Shown: positions 17,459 to 27,329, counted from the first letter of the stretch. The stretch is DNA of 64,000 bases from an uncultured delta proteobacterium (GCA_963745025.1 CAVUWD010000002.1:64001-128000), one strand, 5' to 3'. Translations and numbers: made by a program. The notes: generated by a model from the letters alone, not told the origin.

Positions 17459-18769
17459 ATGCGCCTCTACCGCGGCTTGAAGACCCCCTACCGGCCCGAG
17501 CGAGTCGGGGGGACGGGCCGCTTCTTCGGCACGGACTTCACGGATTGTCCCTTCACGGCTCTGCAATACGCTTCGGGACGCGGAGGGGAGGTGTTGGTCC
17601 TCGACGTCGATCCCGAGGCCGGCCCGAAGATCAGCGAAGAACTCTGGCCCGGGACGCGGGCCAGACGCCTGATGGTTTGGGGAAGGTTCGACGAGCTGCT
17701 GGCCGGGATATTTCCCGCAGCGCAACTCCGCGCCGAGGTGCGCAGGAAAGGAATCGCCGGTCGGCCGGACGAGTACAAAGCGTACGTGCTGAAGAGCTTC
17801 ATCGACAAAGAGCTGAGCGAACGGGGGCCGCAGGGCTTCCCGAACCCGGCCGTCTTACGCCGCTCATCCACCACGCGGGAAAGGTCGCGCTCGGCACGCG
17901 GTCGTCTCACCACGTCGACCGTTGCCGAGGACGGCCGTCTCGTGCCGTGGCTGGCTGCTACCGGGCCGCTCTCCTACACTCCGGAGAACCCGCCCGACCG
18001 CGACTACTACTTCCAGTACGGTTGGATCATTCCGGATATCCTCGCCGACGGAACGAACCGGCGCCGGCATTACTTCTTCGGTGCCTCGCGCAAGGACGCG
18101 AGGCACCTCTTCTCCTTCTGGAGGGCAGCCCGGGAGCACAGCCCAACGCGCCTGGCGTTGTGTTTTGGAACCGTCGACGCGGAAGCCGTGACGGCACCGA
18201 TCGCCGTCTACGCTGCGCCGCCGGCCTACCCCCGCGGACCAGCCTGCGTCTTCATGCAACACGGCAGCTACCAGATCGTCGAGGCGGCGGACCAGCCGCT
18301 CCTCGGGTCCGATGAGGTCGTCCTGTATCGCGGCCTCGGGGATGCCCGGCTCTTTCAGACGGGGGATCTCGACGCCCGGGACCGATGCGTTTGGCGCTGC
18401 TACGTTCGAGTGCAGGCGGATGTGCTGTCCGACTCGGTGCGCTCGTTCAACTCGATCCACGACCGCGCGAAGAGGTGCGAGACCGGGTACATCCGCGATC
18501 GGACGTGGATGAGCGACGACCTTGCCCGCCGGCACGGGCTCGACATCGACGGCGACGGATTCGCCCGCGACCTCTGGAAAGCGACACACCAGAGCTTCTC
18601 GCTCGCCCGGTGGGTGGCCGAGCGCAAGTTTGGGCCCCACTACGTCGTCTGTAGGACGCCGCTCGACAACATCCGCCTCACGACGTTCTTTGCCGGAGAG
18701 CACGAGGTGCGCATCATCTCCCCGGACCGGGTCGTCCTTCTCGAGAGACACGGTTGTCGAGTCGGGTAA
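17459..18769 (+). CDS. Hypothetical protein with two ADP-ribosyltransferase-like domains
   Basis: N-terminal domain LYRG..TDFTD..ALQYA; C-terminal domain LYRG..SFS..GEHEV (R-S-ExE pattern). Confidence 0.55.
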   Translation: MRLYRGLKTPYRPERVGGTGRFFGTDFTDCPFTALQYASGRGGEVLVLDVDPEAGPKISEELWPGTRARRLMVWGRFDELLAGIFPAAQLRAEVRRKGIAGRPDEYKAYVLKSFIDKELSERGPQGFPNPAVLRRSSTTRERSRSARGRLTTSTVAEDGRLVPWLAATGPLSYTPENPPDRDYYFQYGWIIPDILADGTNRRRHYFFGASRKDARHLFSFWRAAREHSPTRLALCFGTVDAEAVTAPIAVYAAPPAYPRGPACVFMQHGSYQIVEAADQPLLGSDEVVLYRGLGDARLFQTGDLDARDRCVWRCYVRVQADVLSDSVRSFNSIHDRAKRCETGYIRDRTWMSDDLARRHGLDIDGDGFARDLWKATHQSFSLARWVAERKFGPHYVVCRTPLDNIRLTTFFAGEHEVRIISPDRVVLLERHGCRVG

Positions 18770-18875
18770 CCTGCTGCACAGGATGCGGCGACGTTCGACA
18801 TCAGCGCTCGCGGCAGGCAGAGATCGGAACGAGCTGGCTGTACTCTCGAGCGTCGCCGGGGCTGATCAAGCACCT

Positions 18876-19152
18876 GTGAGCAGGCAACGGAAGCGACGAG
18901 GCCACTTCTGCTGGTCGTGTGGCCGGATCAGGGCGAACGAACGGTTCTCGGGCACCGGACGCGCTCGCCATCTCTGCAAGGATTGCTCGAAGCTCGGCAA
19001 GGATGAGCTCGCTTACCGCCAGGGCTCTCCGTGACATCGAGCGCATGGTCGACTGGAGCGGCCTCATCCGCAGGAAGCAGAGAGAGAGCTTCGAGCGGTT
19101 CCTCTTGCATCCTGACGAGCGAGTCAGCCGGAGAACGAAATCCCCGCGGTGA
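18876..19152 (+). pseudogene. Small zinc-finger hypothetical protein, frameshifted
   Basis: GHFCWSCGRIRANERFSG..HLCKDC, continuing in another frame as ALRDIERMVDW. Confidence 0.5.
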
Positions 19153-19190
19153 ACCTGCTCGGGAAGATCGATCAGTTGCCGGATCAGCAT

Positions 19191-19544
19191 TCAGATCTCT
19201 TCGTCCTCCGGTCGGGCCAACGCCAGGAGCGCCTCCTCTGTGTCGGCCACGAACCGCTCGAGCCGCCGTCGATTCTCGAGAAGGAGCTTCCGAATCGCGC
19301 TCGTACCCGCATTGCCAACCATCAGCCACACGACCTTGGGCGGCGCTCCATGGATGGAGGCCAGCTCGCGAAAGTCGGAGTCCTTCGAAACCAGGACATA
19401 GTCATGATCACGGACGAAGCTCCAGATTCGATCGTCGCGCTCGCCGTGGAGCCCGACCTGATCCACGTGCCGGCTACCCGGGTACTCCGCCGCGAGCTGA
19501 TCGACGAGGGTTGGGCTCAGGTTCTCGTCGAGAAGCAGCTTCAC
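19191..19544 (-). CDS. DUF5615 PIN-like toxin
   Basis: MKLLLDENLS..SKDSDF..HGAPPKVVWLMVGN. Confidence 0.9.
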   Translation of the reverse strand: MKLLLDENLSPTLVDQLAAEYPGSRHVDQVGLHGERDDRIWSFVRDHDYVLVSKDSDFRELASIHGAPPKVVWLMVGNAGTSAIRKLLLENRRRLERFVADTEEALLALARPEDEEI

Positions 19545-19777
19545 CCGCCGCCCGAGGCTCGAAGATGGCGCTCACGCCGCTCGCGAGCGGCCGCGAAAGC
19601 GAGGGCGGCGCGAATGTGTTCGGGCTTGAGGCTCGGAAAATCCTTGACGATCTGCTCCTCCGTCATGCCCCCGGCCAGATACTCGAGGATGTCGGAGACG
19701 GTAATGCGGGTCCCCTTGATGCAGGGCTTGCCGCTGCGAACACCTGGCGTGACCGTGATGTGCTCTTCGAATCGCAT
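19541..19777 (-). CDS. DUF433 antitoxin
   Basis: ITVTPGVRSGKPCIKGTRITVSDILEYLAGGMT..DFPSL..IRAALAFAA. Confidence 0.92.
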   Translation of the reverse strand: MRFEEHITVTPGVRSGKPCIKGTRITVSDILEYLAGGMTEEQIVKDFPSLKPEHIRAALAFAAARERRERHLRASGGG

Positions 19778-20181
19778 GGCTATTTCGGAGGTTACGACCG
19801 CCCGTGGGCGGTTTGCAAGTGCTACCGGCGCACGGAGCGCCACGGGAGAAGCTCCGCGGTACTCGGCGGCAAGGCGCCCGCAGGGCTCGGCAAGGACGCG
19901 TCTATCACGCGCTTCGCAATCTCGAACGTTCACCCGAAGAGCGCCTGCGGCGCGCGTTGATCTGTGGCCGACTCCGCGCTGACCGAGCCTGAGCGCCGGT
20001 TCCTTCGGGAGCAACGGAATCCGATACTCCTCGTTGAAGCAGCTCTTCGGCGGCCGGCGCTCCACCCAGCGCCGCGACCTGGTTTTCATCTAATCGGGCG
20101 CAAAGAAGCGCCGCCACCTTGGGTCCGTGGAGGACCTGTGCCAGTCTCCGCCGACCGCGTGACGTAACGGAGGGACTCTCT

Positions 20182-21108
20182 ATGGCGCAGCCGCAATCCG
20201 GAATCGTTCCCGAACCGAGCGCCAGCGCGCTCTTCCTGATCCTCCGCGTCCGCGACCCAGCGGCGAACCGCATGGCAGTGGGCGGCGTCTTGGCGCAGAC
20301 ACCTCGGCTCGCAGCTAAGGTCGCTGCACTCGATCGGCGCGCCAGGCTCGTCTGCACAGCTAGCATCGGCCCGGAGTTCTGGGACGTGCTCTCGCCCGGC
20401 AAACGGCCGGCGGGACTTCGGCCCTTCAAGGCGATCGACGCCGGAGCGCTGAGCGCTCCAAATACCGGCGGCGATCTCCTCTTCCACGTCATCTCCACTC
20501 GCCACGACCTGAACTTCGAGCTGGCGAGCCGGCTCAGGGCGGCGCTCGGCGAGCGGGTCGAGGTGACCCAGGAAGTGCACGGCTTCCGCTATCTGGACGG
20601 CCGCGACCTCACCGGGTTCATCGACGGCACCGCAAACCCGAAGGGGAAGGCGCGCGCCGCGGTCGCGCTGATCGGCGCGGAGGACCAGGCGTTCGCGGGC
20701 GGGAGCTACGTCTTCACGCAACGCTATGTCCACGACCTGGCTGGCTGGTCACGCCTCGGCACTGCGGAGCAGGAGGGAGCGGTCGGGCGGCGCAAGCGCG
20801 ATAGCAAGGAGCTTTCCGGCAGGGCGAAGCTCCCGACTGCGCACATCGGCCGGGTAGTCATCGAGGAGGGAGGCAAGGAGCTCGAGATCGTCCGCCACAG
20901 CTTCCCCTACGGCACGGTCAGCGAGGCGGGTCTCCTCTTCATCGCCTACACCAAGGCGCTCGATACAACCGAGAAGATGCTTGCCAGGATGTACGGCACC
21001 GCGGGTGACGGGCTCCGCGACCGCCTGATGGACTTCACTCGCGCGGTGTCGGGGGCGACCTTCTTTGCGCCCTCGCTCCAGGGGCTTTCGAGGCTCGGCA
21101 GGGGCTGA
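20182..21108 (+). CDS. DyP-type (dye-decolorizing) peroxidase
   Basis: RDLTGFIDGTANP (GxxDG), GGSYVFTQRYVHDL, AHIGR, IVRHSFPYG. Confidence 0.93.
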   Translation: MAQPQSGIVPEPSASALFLILRVRDPAANRMAVGGVLAQTPRLAAKVAALDRRARLVCTASIGPEFWDVLSPGKRPAGLRPFKAIDAGALSAPNTGGDLLFHVISTRHDLNFELASRLRAALGERVEVTQEVHGFRYLDGRDLTGFIDGTANPKGKARAAVALIGAEDQAFAGGSYVFTQRYVHDLAGWSRLGTAEQEGAVGRRKRDSKELSGRAKLPTAHIGRVVIEEGGKELEIVRHSFPYGTVSEAGLLFIAYTKALDTTEKMLARMYGTAGDGLRDRLMDFTRAVSGATFFAPSLQGLSRLGRG

Positions 21109-21322
21109 GCGTGGCGACGACCACTCGTAACGAGATCGCGAAGGGCCAGACCGGAACGAAACACCTCGCTCTCCGAGCGCACGCCGATCGCGATGTCGCC
21201 GATCTCGATCGTCACGCCGCGGCGTACTTCCCGGCGGGTGGATTTCTTCGCCAACCATCGAAGTCGCAGCGTAGCGGGTTTGTGTGTGCGGCGACGGCTA
21301 GACTTCCCGCACAACGGGTCGC

Positions 21323-21360
21323 TTGACATCATGATGCCATCATACTAGGCATCGTGATGT
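21323..21360 (+). promoter_or_regulatory. TA promoter/operator
   Basis: TTGACA overlapping the inverted repeat ACATCATGATGCC / GGCATCGTGATGT directly before the antitoxin start. Confidence 0.6.
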
Positions 21361-21604
21361 GCGGACGACTCTGACTCTCGATGAAGACGTGGTTGCCCAG
21401 TTGCGGACCGAGACGCGGCGCACCGGCCGCTCCTTCAAAGAGATCGTCAACACCGTGTTGCGCCGGGGGTTGGCTTCCCAGAAGCAACGCGGCGCCCTGC
21501 CGCGCTTCGCGGTGAGGGCGCGGCCGCTGGGTCTGCGGCCGGGACTCGACTACGACAAGACGAGTGACCTACTCGAGCAGATCGAAGGGCCGCTGCGCCG
21601 CTGA
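21359..21604 (+). CDS. vapB: VapB-type RHH antitoxin
   Basis: MRTTLTLDEDV..TGRSFKEIVNTVLRRGL..LLEQIEG. Confidence 0.88.
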   Translation: MRTTLTLDEDVVAQLRTETRRTGRSFKEIVNTVLRRGLASQKQRGALPRFAVRARPLGLRPGLDYDKTSDLLEQIEGPLRR

Positions 21605-22029
21605 TCCTGATCGACGCAAATCTGCTGCTCTACGCGTACAATCCGTCTTTCGAGCGGCACGTGCGGGCGCGGCGGTGGCTCGAAGACGTCCTGTCGCGGC
21701 CGGAGCGTGTATGGCTCACCTGGGTCACGCTGCTCGCCTTCCTCCGAATCAGCACGAATTCGCGAGCCTTCGCACATCCTCTCGCGATCGACGAGGCGGT
21801 CGCGATCGTCTCTGCATGGCTGGAGCGACCGATGGTCGGGGTTTTGGAGCCGGGCGAGCGTCATTGGGAGATCCTCAAGCCGCTGTTGGTCGGCACGCCG
21901 GTCCGCGCCGCAGCGGTGATGGACGCTGAATTGGCGGCGATCGCGATCGAGCACGGCGTCGCGCTTCACACCACGGACCGTGACTTCAATCGGTTTGCAG
22001 GCCTGCGCGTCGTCGATCCGCTACGGTAG
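21601..22029 (+). CDS. vapC: VapC PIN-domain toxin, apparent CTG start
   Basis: ILIDANLLLYAYN, TLLAFLRISTN, MDAELAAIAIEHG, TTDRDFNRF. Confidence 0.88.
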   Translation: MILIDANLLLYAYNPSFERHVRARRWLEDVLSRPERVWLTWVTLLAFLRISTNSRAFAHPLAIDEAVAIVSAWLERPMVGVLEPGERHWEILKPLLVGTPVRAAAVMDAELAAIAIEHGVALHTTDRDFNRFAGLRVVDPLR

Positions 22030-22148
22030 GGCGGGGTGCCTGAGATGCGTGCGCTCGACGGCGGGGCGTTCGCGCACACACGGGCGGTCGACGGCGTGCT
22101 GCCTCTCGCGCGAACCCCGGTCGGTTGACGGTGGGGCGAACGCGTCGC

Positions 22149-22579
22149 TCAACGTCGGACGTCGAGTGTCCGAAGCCCTTCCTCCTCAGCAGCCGTCAGC
22201 AGCCGGTCGTCGGAAGCGATGACGCGAACCTCCTCGCCTAGCTGCTGTTGGAGACAAATCGCGACGCGAGGTGAATCGCGTCGAAGCCACGCAGCGGGTG
22301 GCGCCGCACCAGGTCGCGAACGAGGAGCAGAAGCGGGTCGGCCAGATCGATCCGCACGTAGGCGCGCCATTCGCGGTCGAAAGTGCGCGACGTCGTGCGA
22401 TAGGCGGCCGTGGTGAGCGCCTTCTCGCGGAGCTTCCTCGCGAGTCCCGCGTGGACTTCGGCGTAGGCTACCTTGGAGGTAGCCATGAGGGGTTCCCCAG
22501 AGAGGACAGCGTCGACACGCTTCGAGCCCTGCTTTTCGACGAACCGCTTGATGAGCGCGCTGGTGTCGAAGTAGTTCAT
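22149..22579 (-). pseudogene. vapC: VapC PIN toxin with a frameshift near the C-terminus
   Basis: MNYFDTSALIKRF..YAEV..LRGFDAIHLAS, with the tail ..IASDDRLLTAAEEEGL in another frame. Confidence 0.8.
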
Positions 22580-22842
22580 CGCCGTTCGGCGACGATTTCC
22601 TCCGAGAGGGGGCGACCGCTGATTCGGATGCGCCGGATCCGCGGCACCAGGCTTCCCTCGGGGGCGCTGACTTCACCCCGGGAGGAGAGCGCGGCGATCC
22701 GAGCCTCCAGGCTCTGCGGGGTTCCGGTCGAACCGATCGGTCGTATGACTGCGATCGGCTTTCCTCGCTCCGTCACGATCACCTCGTGGTTGGCCTTGGT
22801 GAGCTTCAGGTACGAGGTGAGGCGATTCTTTAGATCTCGCAC
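22576..22842 (-). CDS. Phd/YefM-family antitoxin (start uncertain; the ATG at 22871 is out of frame)
   Basis: GVRDLKNRLTSYL..VIVTERGKPIAVIRP; tandem GTAGCTAC palindromes upstream at 22872-22888. Confidence 0.85.
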   Translation of the reverse strand: MRDLKNRLTSYLKLTKANHEVIVTERGKPIAVIRPIGSTGTPQSLEARIAALSSRGEVSAPEGSLVPRIRRIRISGRPLSEEIVAERR

Positions 22843-23087
22843 TCCGACGCGACGGCTACCGAACGCTTCATGTAGCTACTGTAGCTACACGAAGATGCGA
22901 CCGTCAACTGAGAAAGCTGCGCACGAGCGGCGCATGGCTGCGAGTGTGAACTCGATCGTATGCGAGGCGACCCGATCAACCCGTGCGTGCAGTAGCCGCC
23001 ATGCGGGCCGTCGATTCAGGACTGCGCGAGGTCCGAGCGCATCCCCATGGCTAGCATGTTCGCCCGAGAGGCGGCGGCGCGCACGCC

Positions 23088-24344
23088 CTACGGTCCGTCC
23101 GACGCCGCGAAGCCGCGCCGCGCGGCTGATTCCGCCCCTGGGCCCTCGAAGAGCCGCACTTCGATGAGCCGCGACATCGCCTCCACCCGGCGGTCCCAAC
23201 TGTTCGTCTCCGCGACGGCACGGCGCTCGAGGCGGCGGGTCCGAGCATCTTCGGCGAGCGCGGCTTCGACCTGAGCGACGAACTCGTCGCGGGTCGCGCC
23301 GATGCGCACCACCGCCCCGTGCGTCTCGTTGAAGCGCCGCACCTCGGCGAGGTCGGTAGAGACGATGGGCTTCCCGAGCGCGAGGTACTCGTTGAGCTTG
23401 GCGGGCGAGATGTTGTTCGTGAATGCGTCGACGGCGTAGGGAATCAGGCAGACATCGAAGGCCCTGATGTAGTCGGGGATCAGTTCGTGCGGCTTGGCAC
23501 CGAGAAGGTGAACGTTCAGCAGGCCGCGGAGCTCCGTCATCGGCGCTTGTTCGGGGCCGACGAGCGCGAGCGTCGCATGCGGCAGACGGCGGCTCAGCTC
23601 CCGCAGCAACGGTTGATCGACGCATCGCCGCAGCCCCCCGGCCAGGCCGATCACGGGTCGCGGAAGCCCGGCCATGTCCTCGGGGACGGACGACTCGCCG
23701 CGCCACGCGCGCTCGAACTTCTCGAGACTGACTCCGATCGGAAAGAGCTGCGTCTCGGGATTGTATGCCCGGCAGTACTCGACGAGCCGGTCCGAACTTG
23801 CGAACACCAGGTCGACACGCTCGATCACCCGTCGCTCGTAGGGAAGAATGCGCCTCGCGGCGCGCGACGTCTCGGAGAGCTTGTCGGTGCAGTAGAAGAT
23901 CGAGAGCGATGGCGCAATCGCGTCCATCAGGTCGAGCGTGAACTGCGTGGGCAGGAACGTGAAGAGGATCGGGCGTTCGAACGCGTTGCGCCGAAGCCAG
24001 CGGCGGATCGAGCCGCAGACCAGCGCTCGGTTGATGCGCTGGGCGAGCGGCGAGTAGGGGAACGGAAGCGCGAGCGGCGAGTACAGCGCCACGTTATCTG
24101 CGACCGATCGAAAGCGCCCGCGGCCGCTCACCCACTTGCGCAGGCGTGCGAGCACTCGGTTGCGGTCCTTCCACCCGGGAGCGCGCACGCCGGTGTTCTC
24201 GATGAAGAGCACGCGATTGCCGGCCCGCGCCAGCACCGACATCACGCCTTGATGCTCCTGCCAGAGGAAATCCCAGTCGATCGTCGAGACGCAGACGATG
24301 TTTCGATCGCGGAGCATCGAGCGGTTATCGTGCGCCTCTGCCAA
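23088..24344 (-). CDS. Glycosyltransferase (GT4/TuaH-like)
   Basis: STIDWDFLWQEHQ, FYCTD, FDVCLIPY..SPAKLNEYLALGKPIVST. Confidence 0.9.
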   Translation of the reverse strand: MAEAHDNRSMLRDRNIVCVSTIDWDFLWQEHQGVMSVLARAGNRVLFIENTGVRAPGWKDRNRVLARLRKWVSGRGRFRSVADNVALYSPLALPFPYSPLAQRINRALVCGSIRRWLRRNAFERPILFTFLPTQFTLDLMDAIAPSLSIFYCTDKLSETSRAARRILPYERRVIERVDLVFASSDRLVEYCRAYNPETQLFPIGVSLEKFERAWRGESSVPEDMAGLPRPVIGLAGGLRRCVDQPLLRELSRRLPHATLALVGPEQAPMTELRGLLNVHLLGAKPHELIPDYIRAFDVCLIPYAVDAFTNNISPAKLNEYLALGKPIVSTDLAEVRRFNETHGAVVRIGATRDEFVAQVEAALAEDARTRRLERRAVAETNSWDRRVEAMSRLIEVRLFEGPGAESAARRGFAASDGP

Positions 24345-24486
24345 CCAACCCCTTTACCCATGCCGCCACGACCCGATCCTCTCATGGACCGACCGCAGTC
24401 AGCTACGCACGCGGCTGCGCGGTCGAGAGAATCGTCACCCTCCTCGTGCTCTCCGAGGCTCTATGGTCCGCACGGCGCTGCCGCTT

Positions 24487-26670
24487 TCAGGCCGCGTCGC
24501 CGCCCTCCTTGCTCGTGAACGTATAGACTCCATCCCAGGCCTCGTCCGGGGGATTCTCGATCAGCAGCCGACAACGCTCCACGTAGATCCGCCCGGGAGT
24601 GTCGTCGGGATACTCGTTCATGAACGCTTCGAATCGCCGGAGCGCGAGCGGCCAGTCCCGCTCCTGGTATGCGCGCAGCGCGTCCTCGAACGCCGCGGTG
24701 AACGGGACGAGCAGCGCCGAGTCGCCCCGCTTCGCGAGCAACTCGAAGACGCGCACCGGCTGGCGCTTCCCCTTGACGCGGACCGAGTCGATCTCGCGCA
24801 GGAGGAACTCGTCGCCGATCGCATTGCGCGTGTTCTCGCCGATCAGGATGCGGGTGCCGTAGAGCTTGTTGCAGGCCTCGAGTCGTGAGGCCAGGTTCAC
24901 GGCGTCGCCCATCACGGTGTAGTTGAAGCGCCGCTGCGAGCCGATGTTGCCGACGACCATCGGACCGGTGTTGATGCCGACGCCGATGCGTAGGCGGGGG
25001 GTCCGCGGAAGGTCGGCTCCGCCATGCTCCGCGCCGCCGATCCGCCGCCACGCGTCCTGCAAGGACTCAAGGCAGCCCACCATGTCGAGCGCCGCCTGGC
25101 ATGCCTTGACGGCGTGGTCGGGAGTCGTCACCGGCGCGCCCCAGAGCGCCATGATCGCGTCACCGATGTACTTGTCGACGAGGCCATCGTGCCTGAAGAT
25201 TTCCTCGGTCATCGTGCCGAAGTACTCGTTCATGAACTCGACGAGCTTCTCGGCGTCCAACGCCTCGGACGCGGTCGTGAAGTCGCGCAGATCGGAGAAG
25301 AGGACGGTGAGATCCTTCTTCTCGCCGTGCAGGCGGAGCTGCGACGGATCCTCGCTCACCAGGCGCGCGACGCTCGGCTCGAGGTAGAGGTTGAAGGCGC
25401 TGCGGATGCGGTGCTTCTCGCGAACCTCGGTCATGTAGTGGAAGATACCGACGGCGCCGAATTGGGAGACGACCGACAAGGTCTGATAGACCATACCGAG
25501 CGGGATCCCTCGGCGGATGAACAGCAGCTGCGATGCGCCGAAGGACGCGGTGAGCGCGCCGAGCAGGAACAGGATGCTGCGGGTGCCCTTGAAAAACGTG
25601 AGCGCAATTCCGAGCGCGATCCCGGTGAAGAGGATGACGGCGATGTCGGCCGAGGCGAGCCAGCGCGGGACGACGATGAAGCGTCCGCGCAGCACGTCCT
25701 CGATGACGTTGGCATGGATCTCCACGCCCGGCGAGACGGGATCGAACGGCGTCGAGCGGATGTCGTAGGCGCCGGTCGCGGTCGTGCCGACGAGCAGGAT
25801 GCGGTCGCGCAGTGCGTCGCCTTGCACGCGCCCGGCCAGGACGTCCGCCGCGGAGAAGTGCGCGAACGTGTGGGCCGGGCCGGAGTAGTTCACCCAGAGG
25901 TTGCCGTCTGCGTCGACGGGGATGGGGATACCGGCGATCGCCACGCCGGCCACGCCGTCGTCGTCGAGCGCCATACCGAGGGTCGCGTTCCGTTGCGTGC
26001 GGCGGATCGCCTCGATGCTGAGGGGCGAGAGGATCTGCGGCCCGCGGCTTGGCGGGGCGTAGCGGATGCCGAGCGGGACGCGGCGGAAGATGCCGTCGTC
26101 GTCGGGGAGCATGTTGAAGTATCCGGCGCGCCTTGCGGCGGCGGCGATCTCGGGGATGTTGCCGACGACGCGAGGCGCCTTCGGCAGCCGCTCTTCGCCC
26201 GGAGATTTGCCGAGGCCCGGCTTCAGCAGATTGTAAGACGAGAGCCCGAACGGCGATTCGTGCTCGCCGAGCGAGGCGAAGTCGATGAAGTAGCCGAGCA
26301 CGACCTTGCCGGAGTCGCGGATCGCCTCGGCGAGCTTCGGGTCGTCGTCGGGCTGCGGCTCGGCGAAGACGATATCGAGAGCGATCGCGGCGGCGCCGAG
26401 GTCCGTGAGTTTGGTGACGAGGTCCGCCACTCGGGAGCGCGGCCAGGGCCAGCGGCCGAGCTCGGTCAGGCTCTTCTCGTCGATGCCGATGATTGCGACC
26501 TCGCCGCCGACGGCGAGCGGGCCGCGGAACTGCTGCCGGGCGTCGATGCCGCGAAGCTCGAGCATGTGGAGCGGGTGCGGGTCGAAGTAGCGGAGGAGCG
26601 CGAAGAAGAGCGCGAAGACGAGACAGAGCGAGAGGGCGTTGAGACGCAGGACGGTGGGCCAGCGAGTCAT
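24487..26670 (-). CDS. CHASE2-domain class III adenylate/guanylate cyclase
   Basis: IGIDEKSL.ELGRWPWPR, PGVEIHA, three TM helices, LFSDLRDFT, DKYIGDAIMALWGAP, YTVMGDAVNLASRLE. Confidence 0.95.
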   Translation of the reverse strand: MTRWPTVLRLNALSLCLVFALFFALLRYFDPHPLHMLELRGIDARQQFRGPLAVGGEVAIIGIDEKSLTELGRWPWPRSRVADLVTKLTDLGAAAIALDIVFAEPQPDDDPKLAEAIRDSGKVVLGYFIDFASLGEHESPFGLSSYNLLKPGLGKSPGEERLPKAPRVVGNIPEIAAAARRAGYFNMLPDDDGIFRRVPLGIRYAPPSRGPQILSPLSIEAIRRTQRNATLGMALDDDGVAGVAIAGIPIPVDADGNLWVNYSGPAHTFAHFSAADVLAGRVQGDALRDRILLVGTTATGAYDIRSTPFDPVSPGVEIHANVIEDVLRGRFIVVPRWLASADIAVILFTGIALGIALTFFKGTRSILFLLGALTASFGASQLLFIRRGIPLGMVYQTLSVVSQFGAVGIFHYMTEVREKHRIRSAFNLYLEPSVARLVSEDPSQLRLHGEKKDLTVLFSDLRDFTTASEALDAEKLVEFMNEYFGTMTEEIFRHDGLVDKYIGDAIMALWGAPVTTPDHAVKACQAALDMVGCLESLQDAWRRIGGAEHGGADLPRTPRLRIGVGINTGPMVVGNIGSQRRFNYTVMGDAVNLASRLEACNKLYGTRILIGENTRNAIGDEFLLREIDSVRVKGKRQPVRVFELLAKRGDSALLVPFTAAFEDALRAYQERDWPLALRRFEAFMNEYPDDTPGRIYVERCRLLIENPPDEAWDGVYTFTSKEGGDAA

Positions 26671-26864
26671 GCGTCACGATTATCGTGTGGGAAGGGTTCG
26701 GCGGCAACCGGTCGTGGAGACGGCCTCTCTGGGGCTGAGGTGGATTCCTACGGCAGATCGTCGCGTTGCTCGGAGCGAGCGGCTCGGCCCCGCGGAATCG
26801 CTTCGTGACCCCTGAGCTTGCCGTGCTGGCCAGTCCGGTGTATCCCGGACGTTACCAGGGGAAG

Positions 26865-27329
26865 ATGATATGCGCGCAGAACATCGTGAGAAAATGCCTC
26901 CGAATTCTCGGCGCCGGCTCGATCCTTCTCGCGGTCTCGGCCTGGGCGGATGTAGCGGGAAAGGTGAGCAGTGTCGCAGGGAGCGCGGAGGTTCAACCGG
27001 GCGGCGTCGGATCCTGGAAGCAGCTCTCCGTCGATGACGCGGTTTCGGTAGGAGATCATCTGCGCACCACGGATGAAGGCCGTCTCTCGGTAGTCTATCG
27101 CGACGGGTCTACCATCGCCCTTGAGCCGGGCAGCGAGTTGGTCATCGACGATCAATCATTGCCGTCGGGCGGTCCGCCCGTCTCACTCTTCAGCCTCAAT
27201 CGCGGAAAGCTCGACGTGGCGGTTCCTAAGAACCTTTACAACACCCAAGGCGCCCGATTCGAGGTGAAGACGACGACTGCAGTCGCCGGGGTTCGCGGAA
27301 CGCACTTCACGATCGAAGCGAAAGAGTAG
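26865..27329 (+). CDS. FecR-domain secreted protein
   Basis: Signal peptide; GDHLRT, DGSTIALEPGSEL, FEVKTTTAVAGVRGTHF. Confidence 0.85.
   Translation: MICAQNIVRKCLRILGAGSILLAVSAWADVAGKVSSVAGSAEVQPGGVGSWKQLSVDDAVSVGDHLRTTDEGRLSVVYRDGSTIALEPGSELVIDDQSLPSGGPPVSLFSLNRGKLDVAVPKNLYNTQGARFEVKTTTAVAGVRGTHFTIEAKE

Noticed and set aside
19860-20090. Possible further TA-like remnants (..LRNLERSPEERLRRAL / MADSALTEPERRFL)
   Set aside because: Too short and broken to assign
20182-21108. Encapsulin cargo DyP
   Set aside because: No C-terminal targeting extension (GSLxIGSL-like) and no encapsulin gene nearby
8058-22890. Integron cassette array
   Set aside because: No integron integrase, no convincing attC (RYYYAAC...GTTRRRY) sites by eye, and mixed gene orientations; a formal search is still needed
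25024-26808. Long overlapping ORFs here and at 31368-33080, 41699-43243, 52690-54375 and 59473-61140
   Set aside because: Typical stop-poor antisense or alternative frames of high-GC genes; no recognisable motifs
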